Assembly: GCA_025558095.1 (NCBI GenBank)
Contig: JAIVFI010000009.1
Coordinates: 620,001 to 684,000, forward strand
Direction of reading: 5' to 3'
Length of the DNA: 64,000 nucleotides
DNA from: Hyaloraphidium curvatum SAG 235-1
Taxonomy: Eukaryota > Fungi > Monoblepharomycota
The notes beneath the pieces are model-generated. The model had not been told where the DNA came from. It saw only the letters and a list, made by a program, of their open reading frames with translations, and ran no database searches. The position numbers were made by a program, and so were the translations under genes. Shown one piece after another: positions 40,889 through 52,531 of this stretch. Position 1 is the stretch's first letter, and every line of letters begins with the position of its first letter.

Positions 40889-43751
40889 ATGTCGGGAGCA
40901 CCCGAGACCGTCGCAATGCAGACCGTCGTGGCCGACGCCGCCGCCCTGGTGCCGGACGCGGCCGCCACGCCTGCCGAGCAGAAGGTCGCCACAGGCCAGG
41001 CGTCCATCGCCCTGCCCAAGGCTGGCGACAAGATCGCGAGGCTGGCTTCCTGGTGAGTTCCAGCTGCCGCATACGGCACGCTCCTTTGACCCGCGACTGC
41101 AGGGCCGTGACGGACCCGAACCAGCTCAACCCCGCCTTCTTCTCGTTCAAGGACATCTCATGCGTGCTCAAGTCGGACGGCAAGCCCAAGGTCCTGCTCG
41201 ACATGGTCTCGGGCTACTGCAAGGTGCGCCTCGCTGCGCCGGTGCCGCAACTCGCCTGACCGTTCCCCGCCGCAGCCCGGCGAGACGCTCGCCATCATGG
41301 GCCCCTCGGGCGCCGGCAAGTCGACGCTGCTCGACATTCTGGCCTTCCGCAAGACCACCGGCAAGTGGACGCAGGACATCCGCCTCAACGGCGCCCTGCT
41401 CTCCAAGCGCACCTTCGTCAAGGAGTCCGGCTACGTCACCTCGGACGACCTGCTCACGCCCGAGCTCACCTGCAAGGAGATGCTCCAGTTCGGCGCCGCG
41501 CTGCGGCTGCCGCCCAACTGGACCACCGCGCAGCGCGAGCAGCGCATCTCCGACGTGCTCGAGGTCATGCGCCTCGGGTACTGCTCGGATCGGCGCATCG
41601 GCGGCGCCCTCCAGCGCGGCCTCTCCACCGGCGAGCGCAAGCGCCTCAACGTCGCCATGGAGCTGCTCCCCGTCGCCTCGGTGCTCTTCCTCGACGAGCC
41701 CACGACCGGCCTCGACTCCAACACCGGCCGCGAGATCATCGCCAACGTCGTCGAGGTCACGCGCCTGCGTATGCTGGCCTGTGTCGCCACCATCCACCAG
41801 CCGTCCTACACCATCCTTGCCCAGTTCGACTACCTGCTCATGCTCGCCAAGGGCAAGCTCTGCTACTACGGTCGCGTCGTCGACGCCATCCTGTACTTCG
41901 AGTCCCTCGGCATCCCCGTCGCCGGCAACCCCGGTGAGTTCTGGCGGGCGGGCCGCGGCGGATCACTCTGACGATCGTCGCGTTCCAGCCGAGATCTACG
42001 CCGACGCCCTCGCGGCCCAGCCCGACCGCCTTATCGAGGCCTGGGAGGGTTCGGCCGAGAGGACCATCCTCTCCAAGAAGGTCGAGGCCATCCACTCGGG
42101 CCAAGGCTCCATCAACGACGTCGTGTCCAAGGCCGACCAGATGCCGACACTCGCCGACAAGCTCGGATTCTACCAGGTGGCGCCCGTCTGGCAGCAGTTC
42201 TTCCAGCTCCTCAAGCGCCAGGTGCTTGTCTACGCCCGCAACCCCGTCATGTCGACCTCGCGCATCATCTCGGCCATTATCGTCGCGCTCTTCTTCGGCG
42301 GCGCCTTTTTCAACCTGCCCCGCACGCTCACCGGCATGATATCGCGCATGAACGAGATCTTTGCCTACGCGGTCATGATTCCCGGATGGGGCTCTTCTGT
42401 AATCGCGTACTGGGTCGAGAAGCGCAAGGCCTACTACCACGAGGAAGCCGCAGGGTACTACCACCGATTCGGTCACCTGCTTGTCATGTTTTGGGTCGAG
42501 TTTATCTTTTTGGCTTGCATTATGCTCGTCCAGGTAGGTTGGGATACCGGCCGCTTTCGCGAGCGATCTGACCTCGGTGGTCACGGTCTCCAGGGAGCCA
42601 TCATGTTCACCATGTCCGGGTGGATCCAGCGCAACGTGGGCATGTACCTAGGCTTTGGCGTCGCCGTCACCTTTGGCTCGACCGGGATGAATCTGCTCTG
42701 CGCTTACTGTTCGTTTCTCGCGCGCGGTCGTCGGTGCGCGGACCTCTAACGTCACACCATCACAGGCGCCGCCTCGATCCCCTACGCCAACGCGGCCTTC
42801 ACACTCAACTTCTTCTACAGTCTTGCTCTTAGCTCGGTCTGCATCGACGGCCTCTCGCTCGCTCGCTCGTGGCTCACACCCGTTCCACCTACATCAGATC
42901 TACTGCACGGACGCCTTCCTCTTCCCGCGCTCGCCTTCGGCCCGCGAGTTCTGGTCGTGGTTCTCGTACGCCCGCAGCTTCATTGTTCCCGTTGTGCGGC
43001 ACGAGGCCCTCGACGAACCCCTCTCGTGCACCCAGACCGATGACCCGCAGACCAGCCTCATCAAGCCCATCGACTTGGGGGGCACCGCTCTCACGGGGTA
43101 CTACGGCGCGGCCAAGAATCTCACGGCCCAAGCAGCAGCTGCCAACCCCACCATCGTGCAAACGCTCAACTCATTCGGGTCCTTCCCGCAGGCCACGGCG
43201 GAGCAAAACGCAACCATAAACAGCTTTTGGAACTCCGGGACGACGCTCAAGAATGCGCAGACATCGCTCGCCACCGCTCAGGCAGCCAATAACCCCACCG
43301 ACGTGATCTCGAACCTGCAGAGCATCGTCGCCGCAGCGACGGCCGTCTTTGCCGCCGCCGCCAACATCCCCGCCAGCAACACGGCCGCGATCCAACAGGC
43401 GCTCAACCAGACGGTGACGGCCAAGAGCATCATGAACATGGCCACCGTGCTCGTCGAAAACCCGCTGCCCGGCTTCACGCCGTGCGTCTTTGACACCGGG
43501 GAGGGGTTCCTCGACGCCATCAGTGGCCTCGAGTGGTACGTCCGTAACTCGTCGGGTGCCATTGTCGGTCCCGGGAAGGACAACTTTGCCGCGACCTCCG
43601 ATGGGTTCTACGTGGTGAGTTGGGACAGGCGTCGGCGTAGGTTCGGAGCTCACGCTGTTCTCGTCATTAGGCCGTGGCGTTCATTACGGGCACGGGCTGG
43701 TTTATCCTGGCGTACTTGTGCCTCTGGTTCTGCAACTTCAGGCAGAAGTAG
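40889..43751 (+). CDS. ABCG (white-type) half transporter, multi-intron
   Basis: Walker A GPSGAGKSTLL, signature LSTGERKR, Walker B LFLDEPTTGLD, TIHQPS, NPAE, YARNP, large extracellular loop before the last TM; stop at 43749-43751. Confidence 0.93.
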
Positions 43752-43849
43752 GCCGGGGGACGACGAGGGCGCTGCGATTGGATAGGACGACAGAGATAGG
43801 TCTTTGCATTGCACGAGCTACAATAGGAAAGCCGTTGGAATCGCTGATG

Positions 43850-44790
43850 ACTGTGGATGATCTTCCTGTCCATGCATTGGATGCGGAGGAGGAAGAAGGC
43901 GGAGCTGGGCGGCGGGTTGATTGTCGGCGCGCAGGTTCAAGAAGTGCTGTGACACGCGCGTCTCCCACATCTCCTCCGTGATCGGGACCCGCACCGGAAG
44001 GTCCCGAGCCGGTCGTAGACCGCCTTTGCTTTTGGCTCCATGCACCCTGCCGACAGGTCGAAGTCGGAATCGATGTTGACTTGCCGGATGCGGTCGCGCG
44101 ACCTCAGGGCGGCAGGTAGTCGAGCTGCCAGCACAGCGAGGCGGCTTCGGGGTCGCCGAAGGAGAGATCGAGCACCTGTGCGGCGCGGGGCACGCTTCGA
44201 ACACGAAATCGCGGTTGTACTTCTGCACGTCGACGTCCATCATGTGGCGGCACTGGGCCCAGAGTTCTTCCGTCGGTTGGTCGCTCCCGCCGGGCGCGGC
44301 TTCCCTGGCCTGGATCGTCAGAGCAATGGTGAGAACTGAAAGTCTTCCTTCTCGAGCTTAGAGGCCTGGAGCAGAAAACTTCGCAAAGAAACCTCGTCGC
44401 CGACCAGCTGCAGCTTTTGCGCGTTGCGGAGGAAGGGCGAAGTTGCGACTCCGACGAAGCTCCCCGCGCTCTGGTCCAGGACGAGCTCGAGCACCTCCGT
44501 CGGCCCGGCTTCCACGCTCTTGGCGTTCACATAGCGCAGAACGGCGTCGACGCTGCGCGGCGTGGCACGGATCCGGCGCGCGATCTCGCGGCTGGCCAGC
44601 ACCGCCGCTGACTTCGACGCGCGCGCACGAACGCCGTCAGCGTGCCCGCATGTCCGCGAGACGCCAGGAGCGACATGATCTGGAGCAGGATCTCCGGCGG
44701 GCGGCGGGGCTTTGTTGGACTGTGTGTTCGCACGACGGGTTGTCGGGTGACTCCGACGCCCGCCTCGGAACAATCGCTTTCAACCTCGCG
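43850..44790 (-). pseudogene. Decayed F-box/LRR-like gene
   Basis: F-box-like PPEILLQIMSLLASRGH..TL..F.RA in one frame with downstream similarity in others; homologous to 51943..52377. Confidence 0.55.
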
Positions 44791-44979
44791 GGATGAATTT
44801 AAGGATTGATTAAAGTGACAACAAACCCACTCGACTGTAAGGCGGTTTCCGATTCCCTCTCGCCCGTCCGAGAGGTCCGATCGCTGACGCTACCGACTCG
44901 TCCGACTCGGTGGCAAATTCGCGAGCGAACAACGAACTTCACATCGCGCCCGTTTCGCCCCCATTCCCCTCATAACGCG

Positions 44980-46046
44980 ATGAAGATTGAACCCGGCTCG
45001 TGGCTCGTCGTGACGGGCGGTTCGTCTGGCCTCGGTGCCGCGACCGTGCGCGCCCTCGTCGCGAAAGGTGCCAAAGTTCTTCTTATGGACTTGAAGGAGA
45101 ACCACGACCTCGTCAAGGAGCTGGGCGAGGACAAGGCGTTCTCGGCCGGCCCGGTGGACGTCGCGAACGAGGGGCAGGTTGGTTCCTCGACCCGCAAAGG
45201 CGCGGGAGACGCGCTGATTCCCCAGCAGGTCGCGGCGTCGCTCGCGCAGGGCGTGCAGAAGTTCGGCACACAGCTCATCGGCGCCATCAACTGCGCGGGC
45301 ATCGGCAGCGCGCAGAAGCTCGTCGACCGCGAGGGCAAGCCCGCGTCGCTCTCCTACTTTGAGTTCGTCGTCCGGGGTTGGTTACCGGCCTCGCAACTTC
45401 CTGGCGCCGGGCCTTACGACATCTCTCTCGCTAGTCAACCTTACGGGGTCGTTCAACGTCGACCGCCTCGTCGCCGCCCAGATGGTCAAGGGCACCAAGC
45501 CCAACGCCGACGGGGAGCGCGGCGTGCTGGTCCACACAGCGTCCGGCGCCGCCTTCGAGGGCCAGGCGGGGCAGAGCGCCTACTCGGCCGCCAAGAGCGG
45601 TCTCGTCGGCATGGTGGGCTTCCCCATGTGGCGTTCTCTATTGAGTTGGCGGATATCTGATCGTCGGCATGGTCGCAGATGATTCCTTTGGCCCGCGACC
45701 TGGCGCCCGTCGGCATCCGGGTTGTCACCATCGCCCCCGGCCTCTTTGAGACGGTGAGGTTCACCGTACGCACCCAAGGAACCGTTCCTGAACCTCCATT
45801 CTTGCAGCCCCTCATGTCCGGCGCCCCCGACAAGCTCAAGGACAGCCTCCTCCGCACGACCGAGTTCCCCAAGCGCATGGGTGTCCCCGACGAGTTTGCC
45901 CACATGGCCGTGGCCTGCGTCGAGAACGCGATGCTGAACGGGACCACGATTCGGCTGGACGGCGCGCTGCGGTTGGGCAAGATCGTGGGTGCCAGACGGC
46001 GAGATTGCGATGGGGAGGCACTAATTTTTGTGCCCGACGACAGTAA
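44980..46046 (+). CDS. 3-hydroxyacyl-CoA dehydrogenase type 2 (HSD17B10-like SDR), multi-intron; last exon is only the stop codon
   Basis: [51 protein letters not shown]; last intron 45985..46043 followed by TAA. Confidence 0.93.
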
Positions 46047-46272
46047 TCTGGCTTTGTCGCCAGAAGAGAGCAGGGGGCATGAGTTGGACGGGACGAGACG
46101 GGCGATCGTGGACCGTGTCGAAATGACCGAACAAGCTTTCCCGTCTCGATTCCCCGTAGAAACCTTCGTCGCCATTGACGCTGCATCTCTCTGCCCCTTT
46201 TTGTTCGTCCCTTGCGAGGAGTCTTGGGACACGAGTCCCACACCCGCGTCGCGCAACTTCAACCCCCTCCAA

Positions 46273-47226
46273 ATGTCATATGGGATCAGGCCATGGCTCG
46301 CGGCGCGGCTCACGAGTGAGCTGGCGGCGCTCTCTGAACTCCTGCTCGCCGCGGAGCCCGACGCGGTGCGGCCCGACGGCACGGCGTGCTCCGCGGTCTT
46401 CCGGGGCCGGCGCGTTCAGATTGCGCGCTTCAAGAGCGTGGGGCCCGACGGAGCCGTGGTCATCGTGTCGGACAAGAAAGCGTACGTCGAGGCGGAGGTC
46501 CCGAAGTGCTGCATCGAGGCCGTGGAGAGGTGGGCAGGATTCCTTGCCAGACAACGCGTGCCATTCTCAACCTTCCCTCGAAACAGAATTTCGCAGCAGC
46601 GATTCACCCTCGCCCGCGGCTCGGTCGTCGCCATCCCGAAGCTACGCCTCCTTGTCCCGCCGGACGGCTTGCTCCGCGTAGAGGTACTCGAAATCAACTG
46701 GATGGGCGGCAACCTCAACGGACTCTTTGGCGAACCCGCTTGGGTCGGCTCTGACCGCAGGCTCGCAGCTGCGGCGGACAGCGTGAAAGCGCTGGCGTGG
46801 AGGACCTCGCAGGTGGCGTCCTGGGGCGCCGTCAAGGGCAAGAGGGAGGGGACCAAATCCGAGGAGGCCCGGCATCCGGGCTGGGGATCCTACGTCTTCC
46901 CCAATTCCCCTCCCAAACCTTCACCGGCGGACGAAAAGCGGCTCGAGGACCTGGAAAGCTGGGGCAAGAACTGGCGACGAGCCGTGCCGGACAGGACGGA
47001 TCCGCGAAGCATGACAGCTCCGACGCGGCAGCCAAAAGCCGTTCCGTCTCCTGCACCCCCGCCGGCGCCAGATCTGTCAAGCGACTATGGGGGGTTGGAC
47101 ATCGACGACGGCGCGGAGCTGGAGCGGCTGTTTTCATTGGTGGACGGCGCGGGCGAGTCGCATCAGTGGAGCTTCGGCCGAACGAAGAACGTGGTAGGGC
47201 ATCAATCTCCCAGAAGTTCTTGTTGA
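46273..47226 (+). CDS. TPP1/Est3/Tpz1-like OB-fold telomere protein (in-frame intron 46530..46586)
   Basis: IRPWL, VQIARF, IVSD...V.A, GSVVAI, LRVEV..GG...LFGEP pattern matches the TPP1 OB fold as I recall it. Confidence 0.6.
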   Translation: MSYGIRPWLAARLTSELAALSELLLAAEPDAVRPDGTACSAVFRGRRVQIARFKSVGPDGAVVIVSDKKAYVEAEVPKCCIEAVERWAGFLARQRVPFSTFPRNRISQQRFTLARGSVVAIPKLRLLVPPDGLLRVEVLEINWMGGNLNGLFGEPAWVGSDRRLAAAADSVKALAWRTSQVASWGAVKGKREGTKSEEARHPGWGSYVFPNSPPKPSPADEKRLEDLESWGKNWRRAVPDRTDPRSMTAPTRQPKAVPSPAPPPAPDLSSDYGGLDIDDGAELERLFSLVDGAGESHQWSFGRTKNVVGHQSPRSSC

Positions 47227-47367
47227 TGATCAATTAGATGCTCTTTCAGTCTAGCTTTTGATAGAGTTGCGGCATTTGCAGTGCACGGCCGACTTCGTCG
47301 CCACATCATCGTTCGAGGCGAGGCATCACTCCACCACTCTCCCACCCGACCAACCATCGAGCCCGCC

Positions 47368-48232
47368 ATGCCCGCAGCGCCCTCCCGCCCCCTCCCCGAC
47401 GACGACAACGCCACCGTCATCCTGACCGGCGACGCGTTCGGCCAGCCCACGCTGTACCATCCCTTCCGCGCAGGCTACGTTCGCAAGTTCATCAAGGCCA
47501 TGGCGGAGCAGAGAGCGCATGCGCTGGCACACGTCCGGGTGGAGTACAGCACGGATGCTGAGGCCCAGGAAGAGGTCGCGAGGCAGGCTCGGAACCAAGT
47601 CGCGAGCGACGAGAAGGAGCTGCAGGCGGCCAACGTGTCTGAGGCTTTCCACACCAGTGGGTGGCACGTTTCGGGTCAACCCCACGTGACCATCCGTGCC
47701 CACCGCCACTCAGGTCGCGAGCGCTTCCACTACCTCATCGAGATCCTGCTCAACCTCCACGTCGCCAGGCACATCTTCTTCGGCGAACCCCTCGCCTGGC
47801 TCACCCAAGCCGAGCTCGAAGAAGCCCACAAGGGGCGCCCCATTTTCCAGCAGCGGAACCCCGGCAACCGCATCCCTCCGGGCGCGCTGACGATCCGCAT
47901 GGCGGACGGAAGCTCCAACGTCTTGATCCCCCCCAAGGGCTCACTCCGTGATCGCCGAGGTCAGCATGCGGGACGGGACTCGGGTCTTTCTGGCCGTGTG
48001 GCCGGACGGAAGGTCTGAGGTGGTGGTGGCGACGGGGCCGGTGGATTCGTCGGAGCTGGTGGAGCTGGTGAAGAGCGCGGCACCGGGGAGGCCGTTCGCG
48101 GCGGTAGTGCCCGAGGCGGATGGGAGCATGTCCTGGAGGGGCTCTAAGTGCTCTTCGTCGGACGGAAGGTCGTGCAAGTCTAGAGGATCTTTTTCCTGGC
48201 GTCAGGTGCTGTCCAACAGTCTTCTTCAATGA
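47368..48232 (+). CDS. Unknown protein, tandem paralog A (intron 47657..47713; apparent +1 frameshift near 47946)
   Basis: Aligns end to end with 48448..49209; the C-terminal match continues only in the 47948 frame. Confidence 0.65.
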
Positions 48233-48447
48233 TGACCGATCGCAAGCGAGGCGGAAGTGCGGCTCCGGCCGGCATACAACTTAAAAGATCCCACGTTCGT
48301 CCGTACAGGAACAAACTATAGAAGAGAGAAGACCCTTCAGCTGCTAGTATTGCGCTGCGTTTCAGTTGTAGCTGAAAAGATGGTGCTCGGAAGCATTTGA
48401 TCGATCGCATTTCGACGCTTCACCTGCTTTTCTTCACCGCCCGAACG

Positions 48448-49209
48448 ATGCTCTCCCGCCCGCTTCCCGAGGACGACGACGCCCTCATCTGCCTCAGCGG
48501 CGAAGCTTTCGGACAGGACAAGCTCGTGGGGACCTTCCGCGCCGGCGCCGTCCGCCGCCTCGCGGACGAGTACTTATCTGAAAAATGGGAGAATCTGGCG
48601 AGCCTCGTCGAGGAACTCGGCAGCCCGGGACCCGAGGTGGAGGGGACGTTCAGGAAGGACGCGAGACGGAGGCTCAGGAAGGAGGAGGCGAGCCTGCGGG
48701 CGGCCAATGTCTCGGAGGCTTTCCACCGTGGTGCGTCCGGGAATCGGCCGCCCGGGCCGCCGTCTGACGCGACCAAATCAGGACCTGGGCATTTTGACGA
48801 GCTACTCAACCAACTGCTGATCCTCCACGCGGCGCACAACGGGTTCTTCGGCGTGCCAATCCCGTGGCTCACGCTAGAGGAACACCAGGCCGCGCACCGA
48901 GGCGCCAAGCTCGCCGAAGGCGTTCCCGGCGTCCCTCCTCCTCCGGGCTCCATCACCTTGCACATGCCCGACGGAAGCAGCAAGATCCTCACGCCCCCGA
49001 AAAACGCGGTCCTGGTGCACGCGGACATGCGTCACGGCAAGGTGTTCGGGGCCGTGTGGGCGAACGGGAGGACGGAGGTGCTGGCAGCCATGGGGCCGGT
49101 GGAAACGTCGGAGGACTTGATCGGGATGATCAAGCTCGCGGTGCAGGGCCAGAAGTTCATGGCGGTGACGCCCCAGGAGGACGGGACCACGGCCGTCTCG
49201 GAAACATGA
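48448..49209 (+). CDS. Unknown protein, tandem paralog B (intron 48731..48781)
   Basis: SRPLP.DD, GEAFGQ, FRAG, L.AANVSEAFH, FFG.P..WLT, PPG, M.DGSS..L.PPK shared with paralog A; same intron position. Confidence 0.75.
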   Translation: MLSRPLPEDDDALICLSGEAFGQDKLVGTFRAGAVRRLADEYLSEKWENLASLVEELGSPGPEVEGTFRKDARRRLRKEEASLRAANVSEAFHRGASGNRPPGPPSDATKSGPGHFDELLNQLLILHAAHNGFFGVPIPWLTLEEHQAAHRGAKLAEGVPGVPPPPGSITLHMPDGSSKILTPPKNAVLVHADMRHGKVFGAVWANGRTEVLAAMGPVETSEDLIGMIKLAVQGQKFMAVTPQEDGTTAVSET

Positions 49210-49277
49210 ACGAACGATGACTCAGCGCGCAACAGCGCAAATGAATGGAATGCATCATGAAAATGCCCACCTTGCCG

Positions 49278-51823
49278 TCAGTTGGCACGGGAGCAAGCAG
49301 CCGTGGCCCTGATTGCCTCCTCCAGCGCCCGCTCCTCGTCCTCCTCGAACTTGCGCTTCCTCGGTCTGCCACTCGCGGCCTCTTCGCCCGACGACGTGCC
49401 CCGGATCTGGTCCTCGGCAGGCTGCAACCCGCCCTCCGCGTCGTCGTCTGGGGCTCCGTCGCTCCATCCGGCCTCCTCCTCGTCCTCACCGTCCAGCATC
49501 CAGTCCACGAGATCGGCATCGGACCCCGCCGCCTCGGCCGAGGTTTCGAGAGCTTCCTCCGCCCCCTCTTCGCCTTCCCAACCCTCTCCCTCGTCCTCCC
49601 ATTCCTCCTCCGCAGCCGGTGCCGTCCCGCCCTCCGCCCCGTCCTCCCCGCCCTCCAACTCCGCCTCCTCCTCCTGCATGTCCAGCAGCTTCAGCTGCGC
49701 CGCCGCCTCCTGCGCATCCGGGAAGTAGTCCCCGATCCCCCTGGCCTCGAGCCACCTCCTCCGCTTGGCCATGAAGCCCGCCACGCTGCCCCTGTGCCCG
49801 CCCTGCAGCGTCGAGCCGAAGGTGTACGGGATGGTGTTTGGCCCGTACTTTTCCCCGGGGACGAGCGGCATGGCGCCCTCCAGCGCCTCGGCCTCCGCGG
49901 GCGTGCGAGCGACGAGCAGCACGCCGATCTCGAACGAATTGAGGGAGTACGAGGGCGGCTTGCGGCGCTTGCCCTTGTTGCCCTCGGCCTGCCCGGCTTC
50001 CTCGCGCTTGCGGCCCGCGCGCGCGGGATTCCACGTCCACTCCCCGTCGCTCGGCCCGCCGAAGGTGCCCCACGCGTTCTCGCTCAGGTTGTGGCTGCCC
50101 GCGTAGGCCCACCCCGCCGCGTATCCGTCCGGCACCCCGCCGCCGGGCTCGATCGCCGCGCGCCGCCAGATGTTCTTGGAGTGCGCCAGCGGTTCCAGCA
50201 GCATCCGGCCCTTGATCTCGATCCCGGCCCGGAAGGCGGGGTTGGCGGGCCCGTCCTCGAACAGCTCGCGCGGGAAGGCGTCGGCGTGGTAGAAGGACTT
50301 GTGCATGTTGACGCTGTCGGGGTAGTTCATCGACGAGACCATGGCGCGGGCCTCGGTGGGGAAGAGGATGCGGATGTCGGGGAAGGTGGAGGGGATGGTA
50401 TAGCTGCCCTTCTTGGGGACCGCCAAGCCCTTGTCCTCCTTGTCCTCGGGGGTGTCGACCGAGGTGAACCTCAGCCCGGGGAAGCGGCCAAGAGGGTGGC
50501 GCCGGTCGCCTGTGAGCGTGGTCGCCATCTCAACAAGGAAACGGGGCTTGAGGTTGCCGACCGAGCCCGTGATGACGCGCACGGGTTCGCGGCCGGGAGT
50601 GGGCCAGGCGACGGCAGAGAGGAGCGAGCGCAGGCGGAAGTGGCCGGCCGTCTGCCTCACGTCCGGGTCGCGCGTGCGCAGCGGGACGGAGCAGATCAGG
50701 GAGGCGCGGGCAGAGGTGAAGTCGGCGCCGTCGAGCAGGCGGCGGAGCCTGTCCGCGGGAACTCGAAGGTGCACGAGGTAGGAGACGAGGTGGTGCGCAA
50801 ACTCGCGGCCCACGGGCGAGGCGGCGTAGACGAGCGGCAGCCCCGGCGGCGGTTCCTCGCCGCCCTCCCCTGCGCCCTCAATGACCGGAAAGTCCTGGAC
50901 CCACACGCTCTCCCGAATCCTCTCCCACTCGCCGCTCATGTTGGAGCTCGTGATGCAGACCCGCAGGCACGCCGGCGAGCGCAGTACGACGATCTTGCCG
51001 TGCACGCTGCCGAACCCAGAGGGCGCAAACATCTGCCACAGCCAGTCCATGCGGTCCTCTTCCACGGAGCGGTCGGCGACCTTGGAAAAGGTCGGCAGAC
51101 GGCCGCTGTCGCTCGGGTACGGGGCCGCGCCGCGGATCTGCACGGGGCGGTCGGCGGTGGCGCGCTCGAACAGGGCTTTGTCCTTGATCCCGGGGGGTTC
51201 GGGGCGGTTGTTGGGCGCCTGGATCCTGGAGGGTTTCCAGTGGCGCTGGTGCGACACGAAGGTGGCCTGCACCCCCTCGCGCATGGGAAAGTAGCGCTAA
51301 CAAGGTAGACAATGTCATTAACAGGTAAAGTTGGGTGCTGGTGCTCTCGCCAACCCACGTGGATCATTCTCGGGTCGACTACCATCGACGTGACGAAAAA
51401 GGCAGACCAGACGCCCTTGTCCCCGACCACGTCCTGCAACGCCACGTACGGCCGGTCCTCATCAATGGGTTCGCCGGCCAGGCGGTTGCAGAACAGCCGG
51501 GAGCCGTCAAACGTGAGCTGGGCCGTGTCCTTGTTGTTGTCCCCGCTGGCGTCCCACTGCCGGTTCTGGAAGGCCTCGAGGGCAGCCCTGGCAGCCACCG
51601 CCGCCGGTCCGGGTGGCAGCACGAATTTCTCCGGGAACGCGACCAGGAACCGGTCCGCCGGGAGCGGCCCCGCTTGGCGTTCGTCGGCCTCGTCGTCCGT
51701 CGAGTCCGCGGCCGCCGCCCGCCGCCGCGCCCGCGGGCCCGGCTTGTTCAGCACGATGCGCGGGCGGAAGCCGACGAGCTTCTTCTTCCGCGACGGCGCA
51801 TCGTGCTCGTCGTCGCTTTCCAT
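49278..51823 (-). CDS. TDP1: Tyrosyl-DNA phosphodiesterase 1 (PLD family), intron 51297..51358
   Basis: Two HxK motifs (VHGK, AHSK), ITSSN, VWVQDFP, WAYAGSHNLSENAWG, NSFEIGVL; acidic tail with NLS RPRKRK. Confidence 0.93.
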
Positions 51824-51942
51824 CGTCGCGAGTGAGTGAAGTGGGACGGCCGTCACGCGAGTTCGCGCGGATGTTCTGCCTCTTCAAAAGGCTGCCTGCG
51901 CGGTTTCGGCCAGCGTCAACTTAAAGGTTCTGGAGCAAAGAG

Positions 51943-52377
51943 ATGCCTCGCCGCCCTCGCCGCCTCGCGGCACGGTCCAAATGGTGCCTCCCTCCGAAAA
52001 TCCTGGTCAGGCGCATCGGGGCTACACCGAGCAACAACATCGATGCCTTGCGGCGCTTTGTCGAGACGAAAGGGGACAATGTCGGGCCGACCGAAGTCCT
52101 GGAGGTGGCACCGGACCACCAGCGACACCTTTTCGTGGAGCTCGCCCTCCCGCCGGTCTTCAAAAACGTCCGCAGGCTGGAACTCCGCGGACAAACCTTT
52201 GATGTCTACATCGTGGGCGGCACACGCACGCCGGCGGAAGCGAATGCCCGACGAGAGGGGAGGACAATCTCTGTCAACCTGCTGCGGAACTGTCGTACAC
52301 CGTTTCCGCGGACGATAGAGACCGCCAAAGGGCCTTTACCACGGCGCGCCCAACTACGAAACCTTTGGATGAATTGA
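51943..52377 (+). pseudogene. Fragment homologous to the decayed gene at 43850..44790
   Basis: RRIGATP..IDAL.RFV..K....GPTEVLE..F...A..P..KN..RLEL versus RRIRATP.SVDAVLRYV.AK....GPTEVLE..F...A..P..RN..KLQL. Confidence 0.6.
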
Positions 52378-52531
52378 GGACTGATTGAGCTACTGATGAC
52401 GATGTGGAAGAATTGCTGACCTTTCTGCTATTGATGACGGCGTTACACTTCCGAGAGTCTCGCCTGCCCACGTCCCCTCCCGTTTCGCTTTCGAGCGCAA
52501 TCGTACGTGCCTGCAAACGCCGGGGCTCCTT

